Shown: one piece after another, positions 63,870-64,000 of the stretch | How the letters are laid out: each line of letters starts with the position of its first letter | Position numbering within the stretch: position 1 is the stretch's first letter | Virus record (IMG/VR): IMGVR_UViG_3300032116_000009 | Source: a virus | Taxonomy: Duplodnaviria; Caudoviricetes | DNA length: 64,000 nucleotides | Strand: one strand, 5' to 3' | The notes under the pieces: generated by a model | Seen by the model: only the letters and a program-made list of their open reading frames with translations | The model's database searches: none | Told to the model about the DNA's origin: nothing | Program-made: the position numbers and the translations under genes

Positions 63870-64000
63870 TCAACCTTTCCCTTGACCACGGTAACGTTTA
63901 CGTGCCCCATTTCGACTGGTGGCAGCATATTTAGTATGCTTTCCAGTTCCTTGACGACTTTTCTTAGGTGTCGATTCAATGACTACCTTGTTAGACGATG
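63870..64000 (-). CDS. Small very basic protein, C-terminal part (start outside the window)
   Basis: Translated by hand: ...SSNKVVIESTPKKSRQGTGKHTKYAATSRNGARKRYRGQGKG*. Confidence 0.7.
   Translation of the reverse strand, partial: SSNKVVIESTPKKSRQGTGKHTKYAATSRNGARKRYRGQGKG

Noticed and set aside
63834-63980. Alternative-frame ORF LNRHLRKVVKELESILNMLPPVEMGHVNVTVVKGKVDINQRKSLNNSN
   Set aside because: It overlaps the basic micro-ORF almost entirely, lacks a good start or RBS, and would run over the late promoter at 63844. It cannot be fully excluded without Ribo-seq.
1-64000. tRNA or other structured ncRNA genes
   Set aside because: Intergenic gaps are all under about 100 bp and are explained by promoters, RBSs and terminators; no cloverleaf or T-loop (GTTCRA) context was recognised by eye.

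Overview
This 64 kb window is the virion morphogenesis block of a large T4-like myovirus. Gene order, gene content and protein styles fit a cyanomyovirus (Kyanoviridae-like); the host cannot be proven from this window. Every credible gene is on the minus strand. In transcription order (right to left): three small ORFs and two hypotheticals, gp25, gp6, a 4372-aa gp7-like wedge protein, gp8, a 2560-aa VrlC/DUF4815 protein, five small or medium structural ORFs, a 4910-aa tail fibre, gp13, gp14, gp15, gp16, two putative capsid-internal proteins, a hidden 58-aa ORF, gp17, a Zn-finger ORF, gp18, gp19, gp20, two small ORFs, gp21, gp22, gp23, gp3, uvsY and a partial uvsW. T4-type late promoter boxes (TATAAATA, ATAAATA, CTAAATA) precede most gene groups, and three intrinsic terminators are visible. 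I saw no tRNA, CRISPR array, intron, intein or IS element. The best leads are: (1) a putative capsid-targeted, prohead-protease-processed polyprotein (12503-14428) next to a protein with a T4-type capsid-targeting leader; (2) a 58-aa NblA-like ORF missing from the ORF track; (3) the giant fibre, with about 1085 aa of pentapeptide repeats and a beta-helix split by about 735 aa of helical repeats that also occur in gp7; (4) a short G-[IVLF]-G-T motif spread across virion proteins but apparently not the enzymes; (5) a hairpin that sequesters a ribosome-binding site near 63170. All family assignments come from motif recognition and synteny, not database searches.
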